From the NCBI GenBank assembly GCA_043809585.1, contig JBDROZ010000073.1, forward strand, positions 42,343 through 106,342: a DNA stretch of 64,000 nucleotides. The letters are read 5' to 3'. The notes under the pieces were generated by a model. The model saw only the letters and a list, made by a program, of their open reading frames with translations, was not told the DNA's origin and searched no databases. Below, piece after piece: positions 26,483 to 35,019 of the stretch (the first letter of the stretch is position 1; every line of letters begins with the position of its first letter). The stretch comes from Candidatus Eiseniibacteriota bacterium. Its GTDB lineage: Bacteria; Orphanbacterota; Orphanbacteria; Orphanbacterales; Orphanbacteraceae. The translations under genes and the position numbers were made by a program.

Positions 26483-27613
26483 GTGCGCATCACCATGTTC
26501 CTCTTTCACACGTTCCGGAACGACCACCGGGTGCTGAAAGAGGCGCGAAGCCTGATCGGCGCCGGCCACCGGGTCACGTTGATCGCCCTCCGGGAAGACG
26601 ACTCGCTGCCCGCCGAAAGTACGGAAGAGGGGATCCGTGTGATCCGCCTCCGCATTCGCCGGTGGGGATGGAAGAAAGGACGGTACGCCGAGTATTTCCT
26701 CCGCGCGGCCCTCGCGGGGTTCGGGACCGGGGCGGACGTCTACCACGCCCACGATCTCGATACGCTTCTCCCCGCGTCCATCGCCTCTCGGCTCCGGCGA
26801 CGCCCCCTCGTCTACGACTCCCACGAGCTTTTCACGGAAACCCACTTCCTCGTCGGGCGGGAGAAGGAGCGGCGGATCTGGTCGCGCATCGAGCGGGCTC
26901 TGATCGGCCGGGCCCGGCGAATCATCACCGTGTCGGAGCCCATCGCGGACGAGCTGACCCGGCGGTACGGCGTGGAGCCCCCCCGGGTGATCCGCAACTG
27001 TCCCGCCTATCATCCGCCGCCCGAGCCGGTCCGCCCGGAAGGGGCCGCACCGGACGAGCCGATCCTCCTCTGCCAGGGGTACATGCAGAAAGGGCGGGGC
27101 CTCGAGGCCCTCGTGGGGGCCATGAATCACCTCTCCCGAGGCCGGTTGGTCCTCCTCGGAGACGGGGAGATGAAGGAAGAACTGGCGAATCTCGTCGGTC
27201 TCTTGGAGCTCGAGTCCCGCGTCTCGCTCCACCCCGCCGTGCCGATCGAGGACCTCCCCCCCCGCACGGCGGCCGCGACCCTCGGATTCATCGTGTACTC
27301 GGGCGCATCCCTCAACTTCCTCTACGCCCTTCCGAACAAGTTCTTCGAATACCTCATGGCCGGCGTCCCGGTGGTCGCCTCCCCCCTGCCGGAGATCGTG
27401 AAGCTCGTGAAAGAGCACGGCGTCGGCCGCATCGTCGATCCGGTCACGCCGGAGAACATCGCAAAGGTCGTCGGCGATCTTCTGGACCACCCCGAAGAAC
27501 TCGCCCGCATGCGCGAGAACTGTCTCAGGGCCGCCAAGGACCTGCATTGGGGAATCGAGGAGCGAAAGCTGCTGGAAATCTACGAATCCCTCCCCCCGCC
27601 CACCGGAAACTGA
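26483..27613 (+). CDS. Glycosyltransferase family 4
   Basis: NDHRVLKEA, HAHDL, YDSHE, PNKFFEYLMAGVPVV. Confidence 0.92.
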   Translation: MRITMFLFHTFRNDHRVLKEARSLIGAGHRVTLIALREDDSLPAESTEEGIRVIRLRIRRWGWKKGRYAEYFLRAALAGFGTGADVYHAHDLDTLLPASIASRLRRRPLVYDSHELFTETHFLVGREKERRIWSRIERALIGRARRIITVSEPIADELTRRYGVEPPRVIRNCPAYHPPPEPVRPEGAAPDEPILLCQGYMQKGRGLEALVGAMNHLSRGRLVLLGDGEMKEELANLVGLLELESRVSLHPAVPIEDLPPRTAAATLGFIVYSGASLNFLYALPNKFFEYLMAGVPVVASPLPEIVKLVKEHGVGRIVDPVTPENIAKVVGDLLDHPEELARMRENCLRAAKDLHWGIEERKLLEIYESLPPPTGN

Positions 27614-27759
27614 GTTCCCCTCGGGGGGGACAGAGAAGCGACGGCGCCCGTTCCATCGCGAAGCCGACCGAAGGCGGGGCGGAGGCCGCGGGAGAGGGAG
27701 GCGGAATCGTGGACCGGTCGATCCGGGCTTCGCCGCGGGCAGACGAGAAGAACCCTCGA

Positions 27760-28371
27760 TCAGATTTTTCGGAAGAGCCCCGTCACCTTCCCCACGATCC
27801 TGAATTCACCGTCCGTTGGATCGACGACGATGGGAGGCATGGTCCTGTTCTCGGGATGCAGCTCCACCCGGTTTCCCTTCCGGTAGAACCTCTTGACCGT
27901 CGCCTCGTCGCCGATGAGCGCGACCACGATCTCCCCGTTCCTCGCCTCGTTCGCCGGGCGCACCAGGATGAGGTCGCCGTCGGCGATGTGTGCTTCGATC
28001 ATGCTCTCCCCGTTTACACGAAGGAGGAATTCGTCCTTTCCCTGGAGAAACGAGGGATCGATCGTGATTCGATCCTCCACGTTCTCCTCCGCCAGGAGCG
28101 GGGCGCCGGCGGCGATACGGCCGATGAGCGGCACGCCGGCGTTACCCTCCTCGAGTACGGGACCGAGAAGCTCCACGGCCCTCGATTTCCCCATCACCCG
28201 GCGGATGTGCCCTTTCCGTTCGAGGGCGGTCAGGTGATCGACCACCCCTTTGGTGGAGCGGATTCCGAAACGGAACCCGATCTCCCGGATGGTCGGCGGA
28301 TACCCGTTCTCCCGGTAGTACTCGACGAGGTAGTCGTAGATTTCCTGCTGCCTCGTTGTCAGCGACTTCAT
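27760..28371 (-). CDS. lexA: SOS repressor LexA
   Basis: LTTRQQEI, GYPPTIREI, IAAG cleavage site, GESM (Ser), ATVKR (Lys). Confidence 0.97.
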   Translation of the reverse strand: MKSLTTRQQEIYDYLVEYYRENGYPPTIREIGFRFGIRSTKGVVDHLTALERKGHIRRVMGKSRAVELLGPVLEEGNAGVPLIGRIAAGAPLLAEENVEDRITIDPSFLQGKDEFLLRVNGESMIEAHIADGDLILVRPANEARNGEIVVALIGDEATVKRFYRKGNRVELHPENRTMPPIVVDPTDGEFRIVGKVTGLFRKI

Positions 28372-31079
28372 CGTGCCTCCCCTCGGGACATGGAACGGCG
28401 GCCCCTTCCGGGGCCCTTCCGGTCGACAGAGTCTAAGAAAGAGAATGCGGTCTGGGCGCTCGCCCTCCTGCTTCTCTTCTTGCGGGGGGCGGGGTCTCTC
28501 CGGTCGGCGCGGACCGCCTCCGGACTATAGTCCCCGGCCTCCTCCTTGGCGATCGATCTCTTCTCGTCCTCCCGTTCCATGGTCATCCTTTCCTCCCGGC
28601 CACGGAAGACGCGGGCCAGTTCGAGAACGAGGGGGCGCGGAAAGCGCCGTGCCGCCAGGCGCTCGAGAAGGTCCGCGGTGCTCCGGAATTCCCCCCGGAT
28701 CTCCCGCTCCTCCTCGAACCGGGCGGCCCATTCCGCCGTCATTCCCCGTACGATCCCCAGTCCGGCCCTCACCCGGTCCCCTTCCCGCCGGAAGCGGTAG
28801 CAGCTCCGGTTCATATGGAGAGGGAGGAACGTGACGCCTTCCCGCCGGAGGCCGGCGGCGAGCCCCCGGGGGTCTTTCGCATCGATGATTCGGGCGGAGA
28901 GGGCGGCGGCCGCGAATCCGACCGGGTCCGCCCCTTTCCTCCGCGCCCCTTCGACGATTCTCCCGGCGACGGGCTCGAAGTCTCCGCGGCAAGGGGCGTC
29001 CGGCGCGAGGGCGAGCAAGAGGGAAAAGAAACGGGACACCACGGTCCCGTCCGCACCCCGGTCCGCCGCCTTTCGCAGGAAGAGGGCCCGCTCCCGGGCG
29101 AGGGAAGCCCCATCCTCCCCGGAGACCGCATCGAAGAGTCGTTCCGTTCGGCCGGCGTCGTATCCCGCGAAGTGGCGGACCACGGCGGCGAGCTGCTCCC
29201 GGAAGAAGGGGATCCCCCCCGTTTCCGCGAGAAATGCTCCCGACTCGGGGATCGTGAGAGGCGCGGGGCGATCACCGGAACGGACGGCGGCGATCCTCTC
29301 GAAGAGATCCATCCTCGTTCGCCGCTTCGCCCCGGTCGCCAAGAGCACGGCGAGGTCATTCACCGACTCCGGCGGGAGAATCCGGAGAAGATCACGGAAA
29401 GGGGGCATCCCGGAGGGAGCGAGCCCGGCCAGGGCGCCCCGCCGGATCAATTCCCAGGGACGGCCGCCTTCCTCGGACCCCCGGGCGAGATTCCGGGTCT
29501 CCCGGAGAACGCCGAGGAGGGAAGAATCGGAAACGCGAAGCAGTACGGCGGCGGAACCGGCCGGCCCGGTCGACAGGGCAAAATCCCAGAGACGGACCGG
29601 GTCCTCGGCCCATAGGAGGGTGCGGCGATCCCGGCGATAACCGGCGATCACACGTTCGAAGACCCGTCGCTCTCGAACCCCCGGAAGAGGAACCGGACCG
29701 CGGTTCCCCCGGTGGGTAACGCCGGAGGGGCTCGCGGTGGGTGGGTGTGGTTTCGGTCCGGTATCCTCTCCCGGGAGGGGACGCTCTTCCGCCTTCTCGA
29801 ACTCCGACGGGTCCGGCGTGTCGGGGATCAGCAGGGTCGCCGTCTCCCCCGGATGACGTTCTTCGACGAGCTTCCGGAGACGGGTCGCCGTCCGGCGATC
29901 GGCCTCCACTTGTAAGACCCGCGAACCGGCGGAGGAGAGCGGCGCCATCAAGTAACCCCGATCGATCGGATCCGTATCCTGGAGATCGAGCAGGTATCCG
30001 AGCAAACTCCCCGACAGGAAGGTCGTCATGATTTCCACGTCAGGTTCGGCGTTTCGAAGACTCCTAAAAAGCCGGGAAAGACGGATGGCGAACCGGTGGA
30101 GCCCCGCCCCCTCGATCCGCCAGAATTCGTCCCAGAACCGGCTCTCGATCTCCTTCCGGCGCGAGTGAAACCGGCCGCCGTACCTTTTCGCGAGGCGTTC
30201 GATGCAGAGGCGGATCAGCTCGTCCGTTTCCCGGCCGCCCGCGGGGGGGGACTCTTCCCATGCCGCGCCCCGGCACCGTTCGACGATCTCCGAAGTCGCG
30301 GCAAGCGCGTCCGGGGCGTCTTCGTAGCGCCGCTCCCACTCCTCCCTCGAAGGAAGATGGGCCGCGATTTCGTCGGCGAACGGATCGGTCGGGTCTTCCG
30401 AGGTCGAGGGCGGAACGGTTCGCATCACCCGCTCCCAGAGACGCCTCTCTCCGGCTTCGAGATAGCGGACCGGGTCCGCGGCGAGCCGACGGAGTCCGTG
30501 CCGCTCCGCGATCTCGCCGAGAAACGGTTCGACCAGACGCTCCCTCTCCGAACCGGCCCGGGTGGTTTCGAGGAAGAAGCGCTTCGCTCCGAAGCGCCCG
30601 GCGAGAAGTCGGGCGAGCCGGCGGGCGTCCCCCACCCGTCCTCGGGCGAAAGCGCCCGACACGGGTCCGGCCAGTCCACCGCTCCCGACGATCCAACCGT
30701 TCGCGGCGTCGGCGAATTCGTCCCACTCCGCGGCCCCCCGGATCCTCTCCGGGCGGTCGTCCCGCCAGATCTTCTCCAAGAGCCGGGAGAGCGCCTTCAT
30801 TCCCTCGGTCGATTCAGGAAAGACGGTGAGGACATAAGCGGGCGGAGGGAGACCGCCCCCGGGACGCGAAAACCGCACCACCACCTCCGCCCCGGCCACG
30901 AGAGCGATCCCCTCATCCTCGAATGACGCGCGGGCCTCCGCGAATCCGAAGAGCACCCCCCGGTCGACGATCGCCCCGCCGTCGTACCCGGCCCGTCTCA
31001 GGGCGGCGGCGAGATCGGCGGGCTCCACGATCGACCGGCGGGCCGAGTACCTTGTCTGGATTCGAAGAGGCGCGGGCAT
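28368..31079 (-). CDS. Degenerate DNA polymerase III alpha (DnaE)-like protein, catalytic motifs apparently lost
   Basis: DnaE-like landmarks in order: PHP-like start (QTRYS..AIVDRG..G), SGSLLGYLL...TDPI, ETGGIPFFREQ, LPLHMNRS, GLGIVRG, RGEFRS; ATG 31079 after GGAGGG. Confidence 0.75.
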   Translation of the reverse strand: MPAPLRIQTRYSARRSIVEPADLAAALRRAGYDGGAIVDRGVLFGFAEARASFEDEGIALVAGAEVVVRFSRPGGGLPPPAYVLTVFPESTEGMKALSRLLEKIWRDDRPERIRGAAEWDEFADAANGWIVGSGGLAGPVSGAFARGRVGDARRLARLLAGRFGAKRFFLETTRAGSERERLVEPFLGEIAERHGLRRLAADPVRYLEAGERRLWERVMRTVPPSTSEDPTDPFADEIAAHLPSREEWERRYEDAPDALAATSEIVERCRGAAWEESPPAGGRETDELIRLCIERLAKRYGGRFHSRRKEIESRFWDEFWRIEGAGLHRFAIRLSRLFRSLRNAEPDVEIMTTFLSGSLLGYLLDLQDTDPIDRGYLMAPLSSAGSRVLQVEADRRTATRLRKLVEERHPGETATLLIPDTPDPSEFEKAEERPLPGEDTGPKPHPPTASPSGVTHRGNRGPVPLPGVRERRVFERVIAGYRRDRRTLLWAEDPVRLWDFALSTGPAGSAAVLLRVSDSSLLGVLRETRNLARGSEEGGRPWELIRRGALAGLAPSGMPPFRDLLRILPPESVNDLAVLLATGAKRRTRMDLFERIAAVRSGDRPAPLTIPESGAFLAETGGIPFFREQLAAVVRHFAGYDAGRTERLFDAVSGEDGASLARERALFLRKAADRGADGTVVSRFFSLLLALAPDAPCRGDFEPVAGRIVEGARRKGADPVGFAAAALSARIIDAKDPRGLAAGLRREGVTFLPLHMNRSCYRFRREGDRVRAGLGIVRGMTAEWAARFEEEREIRGEFRSTADLLERLAARRFPRPLVLELARVFRGREERMTMEREDEKRSIAKEEAGDYSPEAVRADRRDPAPRKKRSRRASAQTAFSFLDSVDRKGPGRGRRSMSRGEAR

Positions 31080-31102
31080 CACGGTCGTTCCCTCCACGGG
31101 CG

Positions 31103-31152
31103 GTTCACAGACTACTGAACAAAAGATACTAGACATTTGTTTCCGGCGTCAA
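31103..31152 (-). promoter_or_regulatory. Promoter of the dnaE-like/lexA operon with candidate LexA operators
   Basis: TTGACG-N18-TATCTT; AAAC-AAAT-GTCT within the spacer; GTTCA-N8-TGAAC palindrome just downstream. Confidence 0.55.
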
Positions 31153-31346
31153 GAGGAAAAAGGGGGGGAGAGGAGGAAATGGATCTAACTCCATGTAATT
31201 CAGGTGGTTTTGGGAGCAGACCGAGGCCCTGGTGCCGGCTTCGGTATCGAAAGGAAGGAGGGGAACCGGTCCCGTCTTCATCGGAGGGGGGAATCGGGGG
31301 GCGGGAACGGAGAGGGATCGACGCCCCGTCCCTGCTCATTCTCGCC

Positions 31347-31383
31347 AAAGAAGACGCCCGGGGGCGGTCCCCCCGGGCGTTCA
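31347..31383 (-). terminator. Intrinsic terminator after the sulfotransferase gene
   Basis: ACGCCCGGGGG/CCCCCGGGCGT stem followed by CTTCTTT on the minus strand. Confidence 0.6.
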
Positions 31384-31406
31384 AGTTCATTCGAGCGAGA
31401 CGGCTC

Positions 31407-32030
31407 TTACGACTTCGCCTCCGCCCGGTTCCGGTAGAGGTTCCGGTCGGCGACGGACGCCATCTTTTCGACATCGAGGCTTGTACCGAGGAAGTCGCGG
31501 ATCTTCTCCGCGTTCCCCTTCGGGTCCTCGAGGACGCCCGTGTAGTCGACGAAGAGGACATCCATGTTGGGACGGCGCTCCATGAGGGAGAAGACCTGTT
31601 TCAGATGGTCCTGGTAAATCTCCCTCATCTTATCGTCGGGCGTCTCGTTCGCCTCTTTCCGGTGGTCGAGCATCTTGTTTTGCGAGGCGAGCACTTCGTC
31701 GAGATGGCGGCGCATGAAGACGATCTTGTAGTGATTCTCGTCGGGCAAATCCTTGATGAGGAAAGAGATCACCTTGAGGGCCCTGCCCCGGGCGTCCTTC
31801 ACCCACGCCTTGTCCGCCATCTTGTGCAGGTCCTTGACCCGCTCGTCCTCGTAGTACCCCTTCGGGTTGTCCACGTCCGCCGTGCGGATGCCGTCGATGA
31901 TCTGGCTCATGCCGCCCGCGTCGAGCATCTTCATCGCCAGGGAAGTGCCCGAGCGCGGGAGCCCGGACACGATCACGACCGGCTCGCCCCTGGACGAGAA
32001 CGAATCCTTCAGCTTCTTCAAGAGAGACAT
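31407..32030 (-). CDS. Sulfotransferase-family (P-loop) protein
   Basis: VSGLPRSGTS, DNPKGYYE, FMRR..EVLASQ. Confidence 0.88.
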   Translation of the reverse strand: MSLLKKLKDSFSSRGEPVVIVSGLPRSGTSLAMKMLDAGGMSQIIDGIRTADVDNPKGYYEDERVKDLHKMADKAWVKDARGRALKVISFLIKDLPDENHYKIVFMRRHLDEVLASQNKMLDHRKEANETPDDKMREIYQDHLKQVFSLMERRPNMDVLFVDYTGVLEDPKGNAEKIRDFLGTSLDVEKMASVADRNLYRNRAEAKS

Positions 32031-32210
32031 CTCGATCTTCCTCTTCGTCAAAGGCCCTCGGTCCCCGGCGGCCCTTCCTCACGAAGGGGGAATCGGGGCC
32101 GCATCTCATGAGACCAAGAGGATACCATTCGGCCCCCCTCCTGCCAAGGATCGCCCGGCGGGGGTAGTGGGATATTTTGATTCCCCTCCGACTCATGGGA
32201 GAGAATTGGT

Positions 32211-33092
32211 ATGATAAATAACAGGTCACTTCCGATAGCCCAATGGAGCCTCTTTGACCTAGGGGATCTCTTGAAGAGATTCGATCCAGAAATGCTCGCG
32301 AGCGCGGTGTCCCTAGAAGCCATTGTTCACGGCATGTTGCTGAACCATGCCCCAGGAGACCATTGGCATAAACTACGGAATACTATGTTTGGCACGGCGA
32401 AGTCTTGTGCTGATGCCGGACTATCGGTCACTTCAAGGACAATTGTCAACGCTATCCGCTTGCTTGACGATGGCTTAATAGACGGAATTCCCGGAGCACT
32501 CGCCGGACTTCGGAGAACCGTATGTTCCGAGTGCCAAGACCATCTATTCATCAAGATAACCAACGGGCGAGAGAGGTTTTACGATGATGCGGCCAAAGAG
32601 ATCAGGACCGAGATATTAGAGACGTTTCCAGATACCGGAGAAGAGATTCGGGCCGCCGGAAGATGTTACGCCCTAGAAGAGCCGGCGGCCTGTGTCTTTC
32701 ACCTAATGCGTGCCGTAGAGCCCGGCCTTGAAGCACTAGCAAAGCACGTTCTGGACCCCAGAGAGTACGCAGAAATCAAAGACTCGGTGTGGGGAACAGT
32801 CATCAAGAAGGTCGAGAAGGAGATACAGGGCAGAATTGGAGCAGCCAAGAAGAACGAAGAACGAAGGGCGCTGGCTCCATACGCGGCTTTGGCGTCTCAG
32901 TTCCGGTATTTCAAGGATGCTTGGAGAAACTTGGCCTCTCACAAAATCGTGCAGTTCTCAGACAGAAAGGCAAAGACGGTCTTTGATGCCGTTCTTGGAT
33001 TCCTGAATGAACTCCCGGAAATACCGGGAATCTGCTTGACAGATAGCCCCGATATGTCCGATAAAGACCGTTCGCCCGAAACGCCCCTGTAA
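32211..33092 (+). CDS. IS passenger: putative HEPN-domain protein
   Basis: Helical protein with EI..A..C......AC.FHLMRAVE and an Rx4H motif (WRNLASH). Confidence 0.7.
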   Translation: MINNRSLPIAQWSLFDLGDLLKRFDPEMLASAVSLEAIVHGMLLNHAPGDHWHKLRNTMFGTAKSCADAGLSVTSRTIVNAIRLLDDGLIDGIPGALAGLRRTVCSECQDHLFIKITNGRERFYDDAAKEIRTEILETFPDTGEEIRAAGRCYALEEPAACVFHLMRAVEPGLEALAKHVLDPREYAEIKDSVWGTVIKKVEKEIQGRIGAAKKNEERRALAPYAALASQFRYFKDAWRNLASHKIVQFSDRKAKTVFDAVLGFLNELPEIPGICLTDSPDMSDKDRSPETPL

Positions 33093-33155
33093 ATCAACGG
33101 ATAGAGGGCCGGAATACTACTCCGGCAAATCCCGGTTCGACTCCGGGTAGGGGCT
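33083..33155 (+). ncRNA. tRNA-like cloverleaf (Arg-like body, anticodon ACT, weak D-stem, no CCA)
   Basis: GCCCCTG/TAGGGGC acceptor; D-loop AACGGATA; CCGGA-ATACTAC-TCCGG; CCCGG-TTCGACT-CCGGG; canonical 73-nt spacing. Confidence 0.75.
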
Positions 33156-33234
33156 AGAAAAGAAAAGGGGTGCCTGGTGCGGTAACACCCGACACCCCAC
33201 AACCCCGACGGCCCGTGCAAGACCGTGGTCGGGA

Positions 33235-33291
33235 TTGAGCCGTAAGGCCGACCTCAGTATAACACTCTTGCGCGGGCTCCGGTAGGAGCCC
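33235..33291 (+). promoter_or_regulatory. Transposase promoter and SD-sequestering hairpin
   Basis: TTGAGC-N17-TATAAC; GGGCTCC-GGTA-GGAGCCC stem buries the GGAG SD just before the ATG. Confidence 0.6.
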
Positions 33292-33294
33292 AAG

Positions 33295-34119
33295 ATGAAC
33301 GTCCTAAAATCCGAGAAACAACTTGCCGTAATCTCTGCCCTGGTCGAAGGAAACTCTGTCCGGTCCGTCTCTCGAATGACCGGGGTCCACAAGGCGACGA
33401 TCCTCAAACTCCTAGTCCGGGTCGGGGAGAATTGTCAGGAAATCCACAACGACAGTATGTGGAATCTCTCGTTTGAGGCCATAGAGGCCGACGAGATTTG
33501 GACCTTCGTCCGGAAGAAGCAACGGCAACTCACCCGGTCCGAGCGGAGAAACCCCGATATTGGGGATCAATACTGCTTTGTGGCGCTCGACCCTGTTTCC
33601 AAGTTGATCCCGGCCTATACCATCGGGAAACGGAACATGGAAACTACTCTTGCGTTCGTCCACGAATTGCGGGCGAGAACGCGGGGGCGGCTCCAAATCA
33701 GTACAGACGGCTTTGAGCCCTATGTAGACGCCGTGGAACGGGCTTTCGGGGCAGAGGCCGACTATGCCCAAATCATCAAGGCCTATTCCTCCGAATGGGC
33801 CGGAAGGGGAAGGTATGCCCCGCCCAAGATTTCAGAGGTCCAGGTCACCCCGATTTCGGGGACGCCGAAAAGGGATCGGGTCTGCACATCCTATGTGGAG
33901 CGGCAAAACCTGACGATGCGGATGCAAATGAGGAGGTTTACGAGACTTACCAATGCGTTCTCGAAGAAGATCGAGAACCTACGGGCGGCCCTTGCCTTGC
34001 ACTTCGCCCATTATAACTTTTGCAGGATTCACAAGACCTTGTGGGTTACTCCCGCCATGGCGGCGGGGGTTACGGATAGGCTTTGGTCAGTAGAAGACCT
34101 AATCATTCCTCAGGCGTGA
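33295..34119 (+). CDS. IS1-family DDE transposase (single ORF)
   Basis: N-terminal HTH ([16 protein letters not shown]); [41 protein letters not shown]. Confidence 0.93.
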   Translation: MNVLKSEKQLAVISALVEGNSVRSVSRMTGVHKATILKLLVRVGENCQEIHNDSMWNLSFEAIEADEIWTFVRKKQRQLTRSERRNPDIGDQYCFVALDPVSKLIPAYTIGKRNMETTLAFVHELRARTRGRLQISTDGFEPYVDAVERAFGAEADYAQIIKAYSSEWAGRGRYAPPKISEVQVTPISGTPKRDRVCTSYVERQNLTMRMQMRRFTRLTNAFSKKIENLRAALALHFAHYNFCRIHKTLWVTPAMAAGVTDRLWSVEDLIIPQA

Positions 34120-34858
34120 CTGTAAGCGGGCTTTGTCTGTTCGGTCTGCTTACAACAAAGGTCTTTTCGTGTTTTCCGGCACCATCCCCAATGGCGGAAA
34201 CAGTAAGGCGATACTCTCCAAAACTAAGTCTGCTCCGCACCCCATTCCCCCGCTCGGTATGGAGAATCCATATCCCATTCCCCTCACCGGGGCGATCCGA
34301 CAGCACAAGGCCAAATCGCCTATAGTCCTCGGCTACAAACTCGAAGACCTTTGCCGGCGAGTGTACGTTGTCATGAACCTCTTGGAGTGGAAGCGGAAGA
34401 GTAAGAGTGTCAATCGGTTTGTCAATACCTACCAATCGAATCCGGGCACCGCCTATCTTCTTCTTCCCGCCGTTCGCAACCTCGATCTCAAACATCGTGC
34501 CATTTTGAATAGCGACAAAGGGATCAATTAGATCGTGGTAGATGTTCGGATGTGATTCGTATACATCCCCTATCTTCAATAGAGTCTCCGGCTTCCCTAT
34601 GAAATTTCCCAAGAACCAGATAACTCCATTAGTGGCCCAAACCACGCCAACAAAGGCCACAAGAGCAAGGACAGCAACGACAGGGCCGGGAAGATTGGCC
34701 ATGGAAGCCCAAATTGCCGCAGATGAGGCAGCAATCATCCCGACAATCGTCCCAAGAACATCCTTGGTGGAAACCACGGACCCGGGGAGCGTGACGATAT
34801 GAATGATCTGCCAAATACGCCCGACCACTCGCTTGACATTGTGGGTGGAGTCTCCCAT
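34103..34858 (-). CDS. IS passenger: membrane protein of unknown function
   Basis: 251-aa ORF inside the right TIR, two N-terminal hydrophobic helices plus a beta-rich domain; overlaps the transposase 3' end convergently. Confidence 0.7.
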   Translation of the reverse strand: MGDSTHNVKRVVGRIWQIIHIVTLPGSVVSTKDVLGTIVGMIAASSAAIWASMANLPGPVVAVLALVAFVGVVWATNGVIWFLGNFIGKPETLLKIGDVYESHPNIYHDLIDPFVAIQNGTMFEIEVANGGKKKIGGARIRLVGIDKPIDTLTLPLPLQEVHDNVHSPAKVFEFVAEDYRRFGLVLSDRPGEGNGIWILHTERGNGVRSRLSFGEYRLTVSAIGDGAGKHEKTFVVSRPNRQSPLTVTPEE

Positions 34859-35019
34859 CCCCCCATTCTATCTCTCACGGCCACCCCCTCAAATCAAAAT
34901 GTCCCACTACCCCGGCGGGGCGGTTCGCCTGAGCCCATTTCGGGGGGGACGGGAAGGGGTGGAATTGGTAGGCTGCGGGAGGAGTCTTGGCCATGATTCC
35001 CCGAACCCGAGGAGACGAC

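Larger units (their letters stand above)
32163..34911. mobile_element. IS1-family transporter IS (2749 bp) with two passenger genes
   Basis: TIRs GGTAGTGGGA(T/C)ATTTTGATT (19/20 match) at 32163-32182 and 34892-34911; 8-bp direct repeat CCGGCGGG at 32155-32162 and 34912-34919; visibly lower GC. Confidence 0.93.

Noticed and set aside
33083-33155. Ordinary functional tRNA-Ser or an att-site remnant
   Set aside because: No long variable arm, broken D-stem, A32, no CCA; full length and internal to TIRs rather than a 3' fragment at a boundary
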